From Eledone cirrhosa (lineage: Eukaryota): a stretch of 64,000 nt of DNA. The notes below the pieces were generated by a model. That model searched no databases and was not told the origin of the DNA. It saw nothing but the letters and a program-made list of their open reading frames with translations. Positions 1 through 18,000 of the stretch are shown here, in pieces (within the stretch, counting starts at the first letter, position 1; every line of letters begins with the position of its first letter). The translations under genes and the position numbers were made by a program. The stretch spans positions 386,942,001-387,006,000 of the forward strand of contig OZ024741.1 in NCBI GenBank assembly GCA_964016885.1, given 5' to 3'.

Positions 1-3000
1 TAACACTACCAACACCACCAACACTAACACTACCAACACCACCAACACTAGCACTACCAACACCACCAACACTAGCACTACCAACACCACCAACACTCGC
101 ACTACCAACACCACCAACACTAGCACTACCAACACCACCAACACTAGCACTACCAACACCACCAACACTTGCACTACCAACACCACCAACATTAGCACTA
201 CCAACACCACCAACACTAACACTACCAACACCACCAACACTAACACTACCAACACCACCAACACTAACACTACCAACACCACCAACACTAGTACTACCAA
301 CACCACCAACACTAGCACTACCAACACCACCAACACTAACACTACCAACACCACCAACACTAAGACACTACCAACAGCACCAACACTAACACTAACAACA
401 CCGCCAACACTAACACTACTAACACCACCAACACTAACACTACCAACACCTCCAACACCAACACCACCAACACTAAGACACTACCAACAGCACCAACACT
501 AACACTACCAACACTAACACTACCAACATCACCAACACTAGCACTACCAACACCACCAACACCAACACCACCAACACTAAGATACTACCAACACCGCCAA
601 CACTAACACTACCAACACAACCAACACTAACACTACCAACACCACCAACACCAACACCACCAACACTAAGACACTACCAACAGCACCAACACTAGCACTA
701 CCAACACCACCAACACTAACACTACCAACACTACCAACACTAAGACACTACCAACAGCACCAACACTAACACTAGCAACACCACCAACACTAGCACTACC
801 TACACCACCAACACTAACACTACCAACACCACCAACACTAAGACACTACCAACAGCACCAACACTAACACTAACAACACCGCCAACACTAACACTACCAA
901 CACCACCAACACTAACACTACCAACACCACCAACACCAACACCACCAACACTAAGACACTACCAACAGCACCAACACTAACACTACCAACATCACCAACA
1001 CTAGCACTACCAACACCACCAACACCAACACCACCAACACTAAGATACTACCAACACCGCCAACACTAACACTACCAACATCACCAACACTAGCACTATC
1101 AACACCACCAACACCAACACGACCAACACTAAGACACTACCAACAGCACCAACACTAGCACTACCAACACCACCAACACTAACACTACCAACACCACCAA
1201 CACTAAGACACTACCAACAGCACCAACACTAACACTACCAACACCACCAACACTAGCACTACCAACACCACCAACAATAACACTACCAACACCACCAACA
1301 CTAGCACTACCAACACCACCAACACTAACAATACCAACACCACCAACACTAACGACACCACCAACACCACCAACACTAACACTACCAACACCACCAACAT
1401 TAGCACTACCGACACCACCAACACTCACACTACCAACACCACCAACACTGACACTACCAACACCACCAACACTAACACTACCAACACCACCAACACTAAC
1501 ACTACGAACAACACCAACACTAGTACTACCAACACCACCAACACTAACACTACCAACAACACTAACACTACCAACACCACCAACACTAGCACTACCAACA
1601 CCACCAACACTCGCACTATCAACACCACCAACACTAACACTACCAACACCACCAACATTAGCACTACCAACACCACCAACACTAACACTACCAACACCAC
1701 CAACACTGACACTACCAACACCACCAACACTGACACTACCAACACCACCAACACTAGCACTACCAACACCACCAACAATAGCACTCCCAACACCACCAAC
1801 ACTAACACTACCAACACCACCAACACTAACACTACCAAAACCACCAACACTAACACTACCAACACCAATCAACACTAACACTACCAACACCACCAACACT
1901 AGCACTACCAACACCACCAACACTCGCACTACCAACACCACCAACACTAACACTACCAACACCACCAACACTAACACTACCAACACCACCAACACTAACA
2001 CTACCAACACCACCAACACTAACACTACCAACACCACCAACACTAACACTACCAACACCACCAACACTAGTACTACCAACACCACCAACACTAGTACTAC
2101 CAACACCACCAACACTAACACTACCAACACCACCAACACTAACACTACCAACACCACCAACACTAGCACTACCAACACCACCAACACTAGTACTACCAAC
2201 ACCACCAACACTAGTACTACCAACACCACCAACACTAACACTACCAACACCACCAACACTAGCACTACCAACACCACCAACACTCGCACTACCAACACCA
2301 CCAACACTGACACTACCAACACCACCAACACTCGCACTACCAACACCACCAACACTAACACTACCAACACCACCAACACTGACACTACCAACACCATCAA
2401 CACTAACACTACCAACACCACCAACACTACCAACACCACCAACACCACCAACACTAACACTACCAACACCACCAACACTAACACTACCAACACCACCAAC
2501 ACTAACACTACCAACACCACCAACACTAACACTACCAACACCACCAACACTAGCACTACCAACACCACCAACACTGACACTACCAACACCACCAACACTC
2601 GCACTACCAACACCACCAACACTAACACTACCAACACCACCAACACTAGCACTACCAACACCACCAACACTAACACTACCAACAACACCAACACTAGCAC
2701 TACCAACACCACCAACACTAACACTACCAACACCACCAACACTAGCACTACCAACACCACCAACACTAGCACTACCAACACCACCAACACTCGCACTACC
2801 AACACCACCAACACTGACACTACCAACACCACCAACACTACCAACACCACGAACACCACCAACACTAACACTACCAACACCACCAACACTAGCACTACCA
2901 ACACCACCAACACTCGCACTACCAACACCACCAACACTGACACTACCAACACCACCAACACTAACACTACCAACACCACCAACACTAACACTACCAACCC

Positions 3001-6000
3001 CAACAACACTAGTACTACCAACACCACCAACACTAACACTACCAACACCACCAACACTAACACTACCAACACCACCAACACTCGCACTACCAACACCACC
3101 AACACTAACACTACCAACACCACCAACACTAATACTACCAACACCACCAACACTAGCACTACCGACACCACCAACACTCACACTACCAACACCACCAACA
3201 CTGACACTACCAACACCACCAACACTAACACTACCAACACCACCAACACTAACACTACGAACAACACCAACACTAGTACTACCAACACCACCAACACTAA
3301 CACTACCAACAACACTAACACTACCAACACCACCAACACTAGCACTACCAACACCACCAACACTCGCACTATCAACACCACCAACACTAACACTACCAAC
3401 ACCACCAACATTAGCACTACCAACACCACCAACACTAACACTACCAACACCACCAACACTGACACTACCAACACCACCAACACTGACACTACCAACACCA
3501 CCAACACTAGCACTACCAACACCACCAACAATAGCACTCCCAACACCACCAACACTAACACTACCAACACCACCAACACTAACACTACCAACACCACCAA
3601 CACTAACACTACCAACACCAATCAACACTAACACTACCAACACCACCAACACTAGCACTACCAACACCACCAACACTCGCACTACCAACACCACCAACAC
3701 TAACACTACCAACACCACCAACACTAACACTACCAACACCACCAACACTAACACTACCAACACCACCAACACTAACACTACCAACACCACCAACACTAAC
3801 ACTACCAACACCACCAACACTAGTACTACCAACACCACCAACACTAGTACTACCAACACCACCAACACTAACACTACCAACACCACCAACACTAACACTA
3901 CCAACACCACCAACACTAGCACTACCAACACCACCAACACTCGCACTACCAACACCACCAACACTGACACTACCAACACCACCAACACTCGCACTACCAA
4001 CACCACCAACACTAACACTACCAACACCACCAACACTGACACTACCAACACCATCAACACTAACACTACCAACACCACCAACACTACCAACACCACCAAC
4101 ACCACCAACACTAACACTACCAACACCACCAACACTAACACTACCAACACCACCAACACTAACACTACCAACACCACCAACACTGACACTACCAACACCA
4201 CCAACACTCGCACTACCAACACCACCAACACTAACACTACCAACACCACCAACACTAGCACTACCAACACCACCAACACTAACACTACCAACAACACCAA
4301 CACTAGCACTACCAACACCACCAACACTAACACTACCAACACCACCAACACTAGCACTACCAACACCACCAACACTAGCACTACCAACACCACCAACACT
4401 CGCACTACCAACACCACCAACACTGACACTACCAACACCACCAACACTACCAACACCACGAACACCACCAACACTAACACTACCAACACCACCAACACTA
4501 GCACTACCAACACCACCAACACTCGCACTACCAACACCACCAACACTGACACTACCAACACCACCAACACTAACACTACCAACACCACCAACACTAACAC
4601 TACCAACACCAACAACACTAGTACTACCAACACCACCAACACTAACACTACCAACACCACCAACACTAACACTACCAACACCACCAACACTCGCACTACC
4701 AACACCACCAACACTAACACTACCAACACCACCAACACTAACACTACCAACACCACCAACACTAGCACTACCGACACCACCAACACTCACACTACCAACA
4801 CCACCAACACTGACACTACCAACACCACCAACACTAACACTACCAACACCACCAACACTAACACTACGAACAACACCAACACTAGTACTACCAACACCAC
4901 CAACACTAACACTACCAACAACACTAACACTACCAACACCACCAACACTAGCACTACTAACACCACCAACACTCGCACTATCAACACCACCAACACTAAC
5001 ACTACCAACACCACCAACATTAGCACTACCAACACCACCAACACTAACACTACCAACACCACCAACACTGACACTACCAACACCACCAACACTGACACTA
5101 CCAACACCACCAACACTAGCACTACCAACACCACCAACAATAGCACTCCCAACACCACCAACACTAACACTACCAACACCACCAACACTAACACTACCAA
5201 CACCACCAACACTAACACTACCAACACCAATCAACACTAACACTACCAACACCACCAACACTAGCACTACCAACACCACCAACACTCGCACTACCAACAC
5301 CACCAACACTAACACTACCAACACCACCAACACTAACACTACCAACACCACCAACACTAACAACACCACCAACACTAACACTACCAACACCACCAACACT
5401 AACACTACCAACACCACCAACACTAGTACTACCAACACCACCAACACTAGTACTACCAACACCACCAACACTAACACTACCAACACCACCAACACTAACA
5501 CTACCAACACCACCAACACTAGCACTACCAACACCACCAACACTAGTACTACCAACACCACCAACACTAGTACTACCAACACCACCAACACTAACACTAC
5601 CAACACCACCAACACTAGCACTACCAACACCACCAACACTCGCACTACCAACACCACCAACACTGACACTACCAACACCACCAACACTCGCACTACCAAC
5701 ACCACCAACACTAACACTACCAACACCACCAACACTGACACTACCAACACCATCAACACTAACACTACCAACACCACCAACACTACCAACACCACCAACA
5801 CCACCAACACTAACACTACCAACACCACCAACACTAACACTACCAACACCACCAACACTAACACTACCAACACCACCAACACTAACACTACCAACACCAC
5901 CAACACTAGCACTACCAACACCACCAACACTGACACTACCAACACCACCAACACTCGCACTACCAACACCACCAACACTAACACTACCAACACCACCAAC

Positions 6001-9000
6001 ACTAGCACTACCAACACCACCAACACTAACACTACCAACAACACCAACACTAGCACTACCAACACCACCAACACTAACACTACCAACACCACCAACACTA
6101 GCACTACCAACACCACCAACACTAGCACTACCAACACCACCAACACTCGCACTACCAACACCACCAACACTGACACTACCAACACCACCAACACTACCAA
6201 CACCACGAACACCACCAACACTAACACTACCAACACCACCAACACTAGCACTACCAACACCACCAACACTCGCACTACCAACACCACCAACACTGACACT
6301 ACCAACACCACCAACACTAACACTACCAACACCACCAACACTAACACTACCAACACCAACAACACTAGTACTACCAACACCACCAACACTAACACTACCA
6401 ACACCACCAACACTAACACTACCAACACCACCAACACTCGCACTACCAACACCACCAACACTAACACTACCAACACCACCAACACTAACACTACCAACAC
6501 CACCAACACTAGTACTACCAACACCACCAACACTAACACTACCAACACTAACACTACCAACACCACAAACACTAGTACTACCAACACCACCAACACTGAC
6601 ACTACCAACACCACCAACACTCGCACTACCAACACCACCAACACTAACACTACCAACACCACCAACACTAGCACTACCAACACCACCAACAATAACACTA
6701 CCAACACCACCAACACTAGCACTACCAACACCACCAACACTAGCACTACCAACACCACCAACACTAACAATACCAACACCACCAACACTAACACTACCAA
6801 CACCACCAACACTAGTACTACCAACACCACCAACACTAACACTACCAACACTAACACTACCAACACCACCAACACTAGCACTACCAACACCACCAACAAT
6901 AACACTACCAACACCACCAACACTAGCACTACCAACACCACCAACACTAACAACACCACCAACACTAGCACTACCAACACCACCAACAATAACACTACCA
7001 ACACCACCAACACTAGCACTACCAACACCACCAACAATAACACTACCAACACCACCAACACTAGCACTACCAACACCACCAACACTAACAATACCAACAC
7101 CACCAACACTAACACTATCAACACCACCAACACTAGCACTACCAACACCACCAACAATAACACTACCAACACCACCAACACTAGCACTACCAACACCACC
7201 AACACTAGCACTACCAACACCACCAACACTAACAATACCAACACCACCAACACTAACACTACCAACACCACCAACACTAACAATACCAACACCACCAACA
7301 CTAACAACACCACCAACACCACCAACACTAACACTACCAACACCACCAACACTAGCACTACCGACACCACCAACACTCACACTACCAACACCACCAACAC
7401 TGACACTACCAACACCACCAACACTAACACTACCAACACCACCAACACTAACACTACCAACAACACCAACACTAGTACTACCAACACCACCAACACTAAC
7501 ACTACCAACAACACTAACACTACCAACACCACCAACACTAACACTACCAACACCACCAACACTAACACTACCAACACCACCAACACTAACACTACCAACA
7601 CCACCAACACTAGCACTACCAACACCACCAACACTAGCACTACCAACACCACCAACACTCGCACTACCAACACCACCAACACTAACACTACCAACACCAC
7701 CAACATTAGCACTACCAACACCACCAACACTAACACTACCAACACCACCAACACTGACACTACCAACACCACCAACACTGACACTACCAACACCACCAAC
7801 ACTAGCACTACCAACACCACCAACAACAGCACTCCCAACACCACCAACACTAACACTACCAACACCACCAACACTAACACTACCAACACCACCAACACTA
7901 ACACTACCAACACCAATCAACACTAACACTACCAACACCACCAACACTAGCACTACCAACACCACCAACACTCGCACTACCAACACCACCAACACTAACA
8001 CTACCAACACCACCAACACTAACACTACCAACACCACCAACACTAACACTACCAACACCACCAACACTAACACTACCAACACCACCAACACTAACACTAC
8101 CAACACCACCAACACTAGTACTACCAACACCACCAACACTAGTACTACCAACACCACCAACACTAACACTACCAACAACACCAACACTAACACTACCAAC
8201 ACCACCAACACTAGCGCAACCAACACCACCAACACTAACACTACCAACAACACCAACACTAGCACTACCAACACCACCAACACTAACACTACCAACACCA
8301 CCAACACTAGCACTACCAACACCACCAACACTAACACTACCAACACCACCAACACTACCAACACCACGAACACCACCAACACTAACACTACCAACACCAC
8401 CAACACTAGCACTACCAACACCACCAACACTCGCACTACCAACACCACCAACACTGACACTACCAACACCACCAACACTAACACTACCAACACCACCAAC
8501 ACTAACACTACCAACACCACCAACACTAGTACTACCAACACCACCAACACTAACACTACCAACACCACCAACACTAACACTACCAACACCACCAACACTA
8601 GCACTACCAACACCACCAACACTCGCACTACCAACACCACCAACACTAACACTACCAACACCACCAACACTAACACTACCAACACCACCAACACTAGTAC
8701 TACCAACACCACCAACACTAACACTACCAACACCACAAACACTAGTACTACCAACACCACCAACACTAACACTACTAGCACCACCAACACTAACACTACC
8801 AACACCACCAACACTAACACTACCAACACCACCAACACTAACACTACCAACACCACCAACACTAGTACTACCAACACCACCAACACTAACACTACCAGCA
8901 CCACCAACACTAACACTACCAACACCACCAACACTAACACTACCAACACCACCAACACTAACACTACCAACACCACCAACACTAGTACTACCAACACCAC

Positions 9001-12000
9001 CAACACCACCAACACTAACACTACCAACACCACCTACACTAATACTACAAACACCACCAACACTAAGACACTACCAACAGCACCAACACTAACACTACCA
9101 ACACCGCCAACACTAACACTACCAACACCACCAACACTAACACTACCAACATCACCAACACTAGCACTACCAACACCACCAACACTAACACTACCAACAC
9201 CACCAACACTAACACTACCAACACCACCAACACTAGTACTACCAACACCACCAACACTAGCACTACCAACACCCCCAACACTAACACTACCAACACCACC
9301 AACACTAAGATACTACCAACAGCACCAACACTAACACTAACAACACCGCCAACACTAACACTACCAACACCACCAACACTAACACTACCAACACCACCAA
9401 CACCAACACCACCAACACTAAGACACTACCAACAGCACCAACACTAACACTACCAACACCACCAACACTAACACTACCAACACCACCAACACCAACACCA
9501 CCAACACTAAGACACTACCAACAGCACCAACACTAGCACTACCAACAAAAACCAACACTAACACTACCAACACCACCAACACTAAGACACTACCAACAGC
9601 ACCAACACTAACACTACAAACACCACCAACACTAGCACTACCAACACCACCAACACTAACACTACCAACACCACCAACACCAACACTACCAACACCACCA
9701 ACACCAACACCACCAACATTAAGACACTACCAACAGCACCAACACTAACACTACCAACAGCATCAATATTAACACTACCAACACCACCAACACCAACACC
9801 ACCAACACTAAGACACTACCAACAGCACCAACACTAATACTACCAACACCGCCAACACTATCACTACCAACACCGCCAACACTAACACTACCAACACCAC
9901 CAACACCAACACCACCAACACTAAGACACTACCAACAGCACCAACACTAACACTACCAACATCACCAACACTAGCACTACCAACACCACCAACACTAAGA
10001 CACTACCAACACCACCAACGCTAACACTACCAACACCACAAACACTAACACTACCAACACCATCAATACTAGCACTACCAACACCATCAACACTAGCACT
10101 ACCACCACCACCGACACTAGCACAACCAACACCACCAACACCTCCAACACTAACACTAACAACACCACCAACACTCGCACTAACAACACCACCAACACTA
10201 ACACTACCAACACCAGCAACACTAGCACTACCAACACCACCAACACTAACACTACCAACACCACCAACACTAACACTACCAACACCACCAACACTAGCAC
10301 TACCAACACCACCAACACTGACACTACCAACACCATCAATACTAGCATTACCAACACCACCAACACTCGCACTACCAACACCACCAACAATAGCACTACC
10401 AACACCACCAACACTAACACTACCAACACCACCAACACTAACACTACCAACACCACCAACACTAACACTACCAACACCTCCAACACTAACACTACCAACA
10501 CCAATCAACACTAACACTACCAACACCACCAACACTAACACTACCAACACCACCAACACTAACACTACCAACACCACCAATACTAACACTACCAACACCA
10601 CCAACACTAACACTACCAACACCAATCAACACTAACACTACCAACACCACCAACACTAACACTACCAACACCACCAATACTAACACTACCAACACCACCA
10701 ACACTAACACTACCAACACCAATCAACACTAACACTACCAACACCACCAACACTAACACTACCAACACCACCAACACTAACACTACCAACACCACCAACA
10801 CTAACACTACCAACACCACCAACACTAACACTACCAACACCACCAACACTAACACTACCAACACCACCAACACTAACACTACCAACACCACCAACACTAG
10901 TACTACCAACACCACCAACACTAACACTACCAACACCACCAACACTAACACTACCAACACCACCAACACTAACACTACCAACACCACCAACACTAACACT
11001 ACCAACACCACCAACACTAACACTACCAACACCACCAACACTAACACTACCAACACCACCAACACTAACACTACCAACACCACCAACACTAACACTACCA
11101 ACACCACCAACACTAGTACTACCAACACCACCAACACTAACACTACCAACACCACCAACACTAACACTACCAACACCACCAACACTAACACTACCAACAC
11201 CACCAACACTAGCACTACCAACACCACCAACACTAGTACTACCAACACCACCAACACTAGTACTACCAACACCACCAACACTAACACTACCAACACCACC
11301 AACACTAGCACTACCAACACCACCAACACTCGCACTACCAACACCACCAACACTGACACTACCAACACCACCAACACTCGCACTACCAACACCACCAACA
11401 CTAACACTACCAACACCACCAACACTACCACTACCAACACCACCAACAATAACACTACCAACACCACCAACACTAGCACTACCAACACCACCAACACTAA
11501 CAATACCAACACCACCAACACTGACAACACCACCAACACCACCAACACTAACACTACCAACACCATCAACACTAGCACTACCAACACCACCAACACTGAC
11601 ACTATCAACACCACCAACACTAACACTACCAACACCACCAACACTAACACTACCAACAACACCAACACTAGTACTACCAACACCACCAACACTAACACTA
11701 CCAACAACACTAACACCACCAACACCACCAACAGTGACACTACCAACACCACCAACACTAACACTACCAACACTAGCACTACTAACACCACCAACACTAA
11801 CACTACCAACACCACCAACACTAACACTACCAACACCACCAACACTAGCACTACCAACACCACCAACACTAGCACTACCAACACCACCAACACTCGCACT
11901 ACCAACACCACCAACACTAACACTACCAACACCACCAACATTAGCACTACCAACACCACCAACACTAACACTACCAACACCACCAACACTGACACTACCA

Positions 12001-15000
12001 ACACCACCAACACTAACACTACCAACACCACCAACACTAGCACTACCAACACCACCAACAATAGCACTCCCAACACCACCAACACTAACAACACCACCAA
12101 CACTAACACTACCAACACCACCAACACTAACACTACCAACACCAATCAACACTAACACTACCAACACCACCAACACTAGCACTACCAACACCACCAACAC
12201 TCGCACTACCAACACCACCAACACTAACACTACCAACACCACCAACACTAACACTACCAACACCACCAACACTAACACTACCAACACCACCAACACTAAC
12301 ACTACCAACACCACCAACACTAACACTACCAACACCACCAACACTAGTACTACCAACACCACCAACACTAGTACTACCAACACCACCAACACTAACACTA
12401 CCAACACCACCAACACTAACACTGCCAACACCACCAACGCTAGCACTACCAACACCACCAACACTAGTACTACCAACACCACCAACACTAGTACTACCAA
12501 CACCACCAACACTAACACTACCAACACCACCAACACTAGCACTACCAACACCACCAACACTCGCACTACCAACACCATCAACACTGACACTACCAACACC
12601 ACCAACACTCGCACTACCAACACCACCAACACTGACACTACCAACACCACCAACACTCGCACTACCAACAGCACAAACACTAACACTACCAACACCACCA
12701 ACACTAGCACTACCAACACCACCAACACTAACACTACCAACACCACCAACACTAACACTACCAACACCACCAACACTCGCACTACCAACACCACCAACAC
12801 TGACACTACCAATACCACCAACACTCGCACTACCAACACCACAAACACTAACACTACCAACACCACCAACACCAACACCACCAACATCACCAACACTAAC
12901 ACTACCAACACCACCAACACTGACACTACCAACACCATCAACACTAACACTACCAACACCACCAACACTACCAACACCACCAACACCACCAACACTAACA
13001 CTACCAACACCACCAACACTAACACTACCAACACCACCAACACTAACACTACCAACACCACCAACACTAACACTACCAACACCACCAACACTAGCACTAC
13101 CAACACCACCAACACTGACACTACCAACACCACCAACACTCGCACTACCAACACCACAAACACTAACACTACCAACACCACCAACACTAGCACTACCAAC
13201 ACCACCAACACTAACACTACCAACAACACCAACACTAGCACTACCAACACCACCAACACTAACACTACCAACACCACCAACACTAGCACTACCAACACCA
13301 CCAACACTAACACTACCAACACCACCAACACTACCAACACCACGAACACCACCAACACTAACACTACCAACACCACCAACACTAGCACTACCAACACCAC
13401 CAACACTCGCACTACCAACACCACCAACACTGACACTACCAACACCACCAACACTAACACTACCAACACCACCAACACTAACACTACCAACACCACCAAC
13501 ACTAGTACTACCAACACCACCAACACTAACACTACCAACACCACCAACACTAACACTACCAACAACACCAACACTAGTACTACCAACACCACCAACACTA
13601 ACACTACCAACAACACTAACACCACCAACACCACCAACAGTGACACTACCAACACCACCAACACTAACACTACCAACACTAGCACTACTAACACCACCAA
13701 CACTAACACTACCAACACCACCAACACTAACACTACCAACACCACCAACACTAGCACTACCAACACCACCAACACTAGCACTACCAACACCACCAACACT
13801 CGCACTACCAACACCACCAACACTAACACTACCAACACCACCAACATTAGCACTACCAACACCACCAACACTAACACTACCAACACCACCAACACTGACA
13901 CTACCAACACCACCAACACTAACACTACCAACACCACCAACACTAGCACTACCAACACCACCAACAATAGCACTCCCAACACCACCAACACTAACAACAC
14001 CACCAACACTAACACTACCAACACCACCAACACTAACACTACCAACACCAATCAACACTAACACTACCAACACCACCAACACTAGCACTACCAACACCAC
14101 CAACACTCGCACTACCAACACCACCAACACTAACACTACCAACACCACCAACACTAACACTACCAACACCACCAACACTAACACTACCAACACCACCAAC
14201 ACTAACACTACCAACACCACCAACACTAACACTACCAACACCACCAACACTAGTACTACCAACACCACCAACACTAGTACTACCAACACCACCAACACTA
14301 ACACTACCAACACCACCAACACTAACACTGCCAACACCACCAACACTAGTACTACCAACACCACCAACACTAGTACTACCAACACCACCAACACTAACAC
14401 TACCAACACCACCAACACTAACACTACCAACACCACCAACACTAACACTGCCAACACCACCAACGCTAGCACTACCAACACCACCAACACTAGTACTACC
14501 AACACCACCAACACTAGTACTACCAACACCACCAACACTAACACTACCAACACCACCAACACTAACACTACCAACACCACCAACACTAACACTACCAACA
14601 CCACCAACACTAGTACTACCAACACCACCAACACTAACACTACCAACACCACCAACACTAACACTACCAACACCACCAACACTAGTACTACCAACACCAC
14701 CAACACTAACACTACCAACACCACCAACACTAACACTACCAACACCACCAACACTAGTACTACCAACACCACCAACACTAGTACTACCAACACCACCAAC
14801 ACTAACACTACCAACACCACCAACACTAACACTACCAACACCACCAACACTAACACTGCCAACACCACCAACGCTAGCACTACCAACACCACCAACACTA
14901 GTACTACCAACACCACCAACACTAGTACTACCAACACCACCAACACTAACACTACCAACACCACCAACACTAGCACTACCAACACCACCAACACTCGCAC

Positions 15001-18000
15001 TACCAACACCATCAACACTGACACTACCAACACCACCAACACTCGCACTACCAACACCACCAACACTGACACTACCAACACCACCAACACTCGCACTACC
15101 AACAGCACAAACACTAACACTACCAACACCACCAACACTAGCACTACCAACACCACCAACACTAACACTACCAACACCACCAACACTAACACTACCAACA
15201 CCACCAACACTCGCACTACCAACACCACCAACACTGACACTACCAATACCACCAACACTCGCACTACCAACACCACAAACACTAACACTACCAACACCAC
15301 CAACACCAACACCACCAACATCACCAACACTAACACTACCAACACCACCAACACTGACACTACCAACACCATCAACACTAACACTACCAACACCACCAAC
15401 ACTACCAACACCACCAACACCACCAACACTAACACTACCAACACCACCAACACTAACACTACCAACACCACCAACACTAACACTACCAACACCACCAACA
15501 CTAACACTACCAACACCACCAACACTAGCACTACCAACACCACCAACACTGACACTACCAACACCACCAACACTCGCACTACCAACACCACAAACACTAA
15601 CACTACCAACACCACCAACACTAGCACTACCAACACCACCAACACTAACACTACCAACAACACCAACACTAGCACTACCAACACCACCAACACTAACACT
15701 ACCAACACCACCAACACTAGCACTACCAACACCACCAACACTAACACTACCAACACCACCAACACTACCAACACCACGAACACCACCAACACTAACACTA
15801 CCAACACCACCAACACTAGCACTACCAACACCACCAACACTCGCACTACCAACACCACCAACACTGACACTACCAACACCACCAACACTAACACTACCAA
15901 CACCACCAACACTAACACTACCAACACCACCAACACTAGTACTACCAACACCACCAACACTAACACTACCAACACCACCAACACTAACACTACCAACAAC
16001 ACCAACACTAGTACTACCAACACCACCAACACTAACACTACCAACAACACTAACACCACCAACACCACCAACAGTGACACTACCAACACCACCAACACTA
16101 ACACTACCAACACTAGCACTACTAACACCACCAACACTAACACTACCAACACCACCAACACTAACACTACCAACACCACCAACACTAGCACTACCAACAC
16201 CACCAACACTAGCACTACCAACACCACCAACACTCGCACTACCAACACCACCAACACTAACACTACCAACACCACCAACATTAGCACTACCAACACCACC
16301 AACACTAACACTACCAACACCACCAACACTGACACTACCAACACCACCAACACTAACACTACCAACACCACCAACACTAGCACTACCAACACCACCAACA
16401 ATAGCACTCCCAACACCACCAACACTAACAACACCACCAACACTAACACTACCAACACCACCAACACTAACACTACCAACACCAATCAACACTAACACTA
16501 CCAACACCACCAACACTAGCACTACCAACACCACCAACACTCGCACTACCAACACCACCAACACTAACACTACCAACACCACCAACACTAACACTACCAA
16601 CACCACCAACACTAACACTACCAACACCACCAACACTAACACTACCAACACCACCAACACTAACACTACCAACACCACCAACACTAGTACTACCAACACC
16701 ACCAACACTAGTACTACCAACACCACCAACACTAACACTACCAACACCACCAACACTAACACTGCCAACACCACCAACGCTAGCACTACCAACACCACCA
16801 ACACTAGTACTACCAACACCACCAACACTAGTACTACCAACACCACCAACACTAACACTACCAACACCACCAACACTAGCACTACCAACACCACCAACAC
16901 TCGCACTACCAACACCATCAACACTGACACTACCAACACCACCAACACTCGCACTACCAACACCACCAACACTGACACTACCAACACCACCAACACTCGC
17001 ACTACCAACAGCACAAACACTAACACTACCAACACCACCAACACTAGCACTACCAACACCACCAACACTAACACTACCAACACCACCAACACTAACACTA
17101 CCAACACCACCAACACTCGCACTACCAACACCACCAACACTGACACTACCAATACCACCAACACTCGCACTACCAACACCACAAACACTAACACTACCAA
17201 CACCACCAACACCAACACCACCAACATCACCAACACTAACACTACCAACACCACCAACACTGACACTACCAACACCATCAACACTAACACTACCAACACC
17301 ACCAACACTACCAACACCACCAACACCACCAACACTAACACTACCAACACCACCAACACTAACACTACCAACACCACCAACACTAACACTACCAACACCA
17401 CCAACACTAACACTACCAACACCACCAACACTAGCACTACCAACACCACCAACACTGACACTACCAACACCACCAACACTCGCACTACCAACACCACAAA
17501 CACTAACACTACCAACACCACCAACACTAGCACTACCAACACCACCAACACTAACACTACCAACAACACCAACACTAGCACTACCAACACCACCAACACT
17601 AACACTACCAACACCACCAACACTAGCACTACCAACACCACCAACACTAACACTACCAACACCACCAACACTACCAACACCACGAACACCACCAACACTA
17701 ACACTACCAACACCACCAACACTAGCACTACCAACACCACCAACACTCGCACTACCAACACCACCAACACTGACACTACCAACACCACCAACACTAACAC
17801 TACCAACACCACCAACACTAACACTACCAACACCACCAACACTAGTACTACCAACACCACCAACACTAACACTACCAACACCACCAACACTAACACTACC
17901 AACACCACCAACACTAGCACTACCAACACCACCAACACTAGCACTACCAACACCACCAACACTAACACTACCAACACCACCAACACTAACACTACCAACA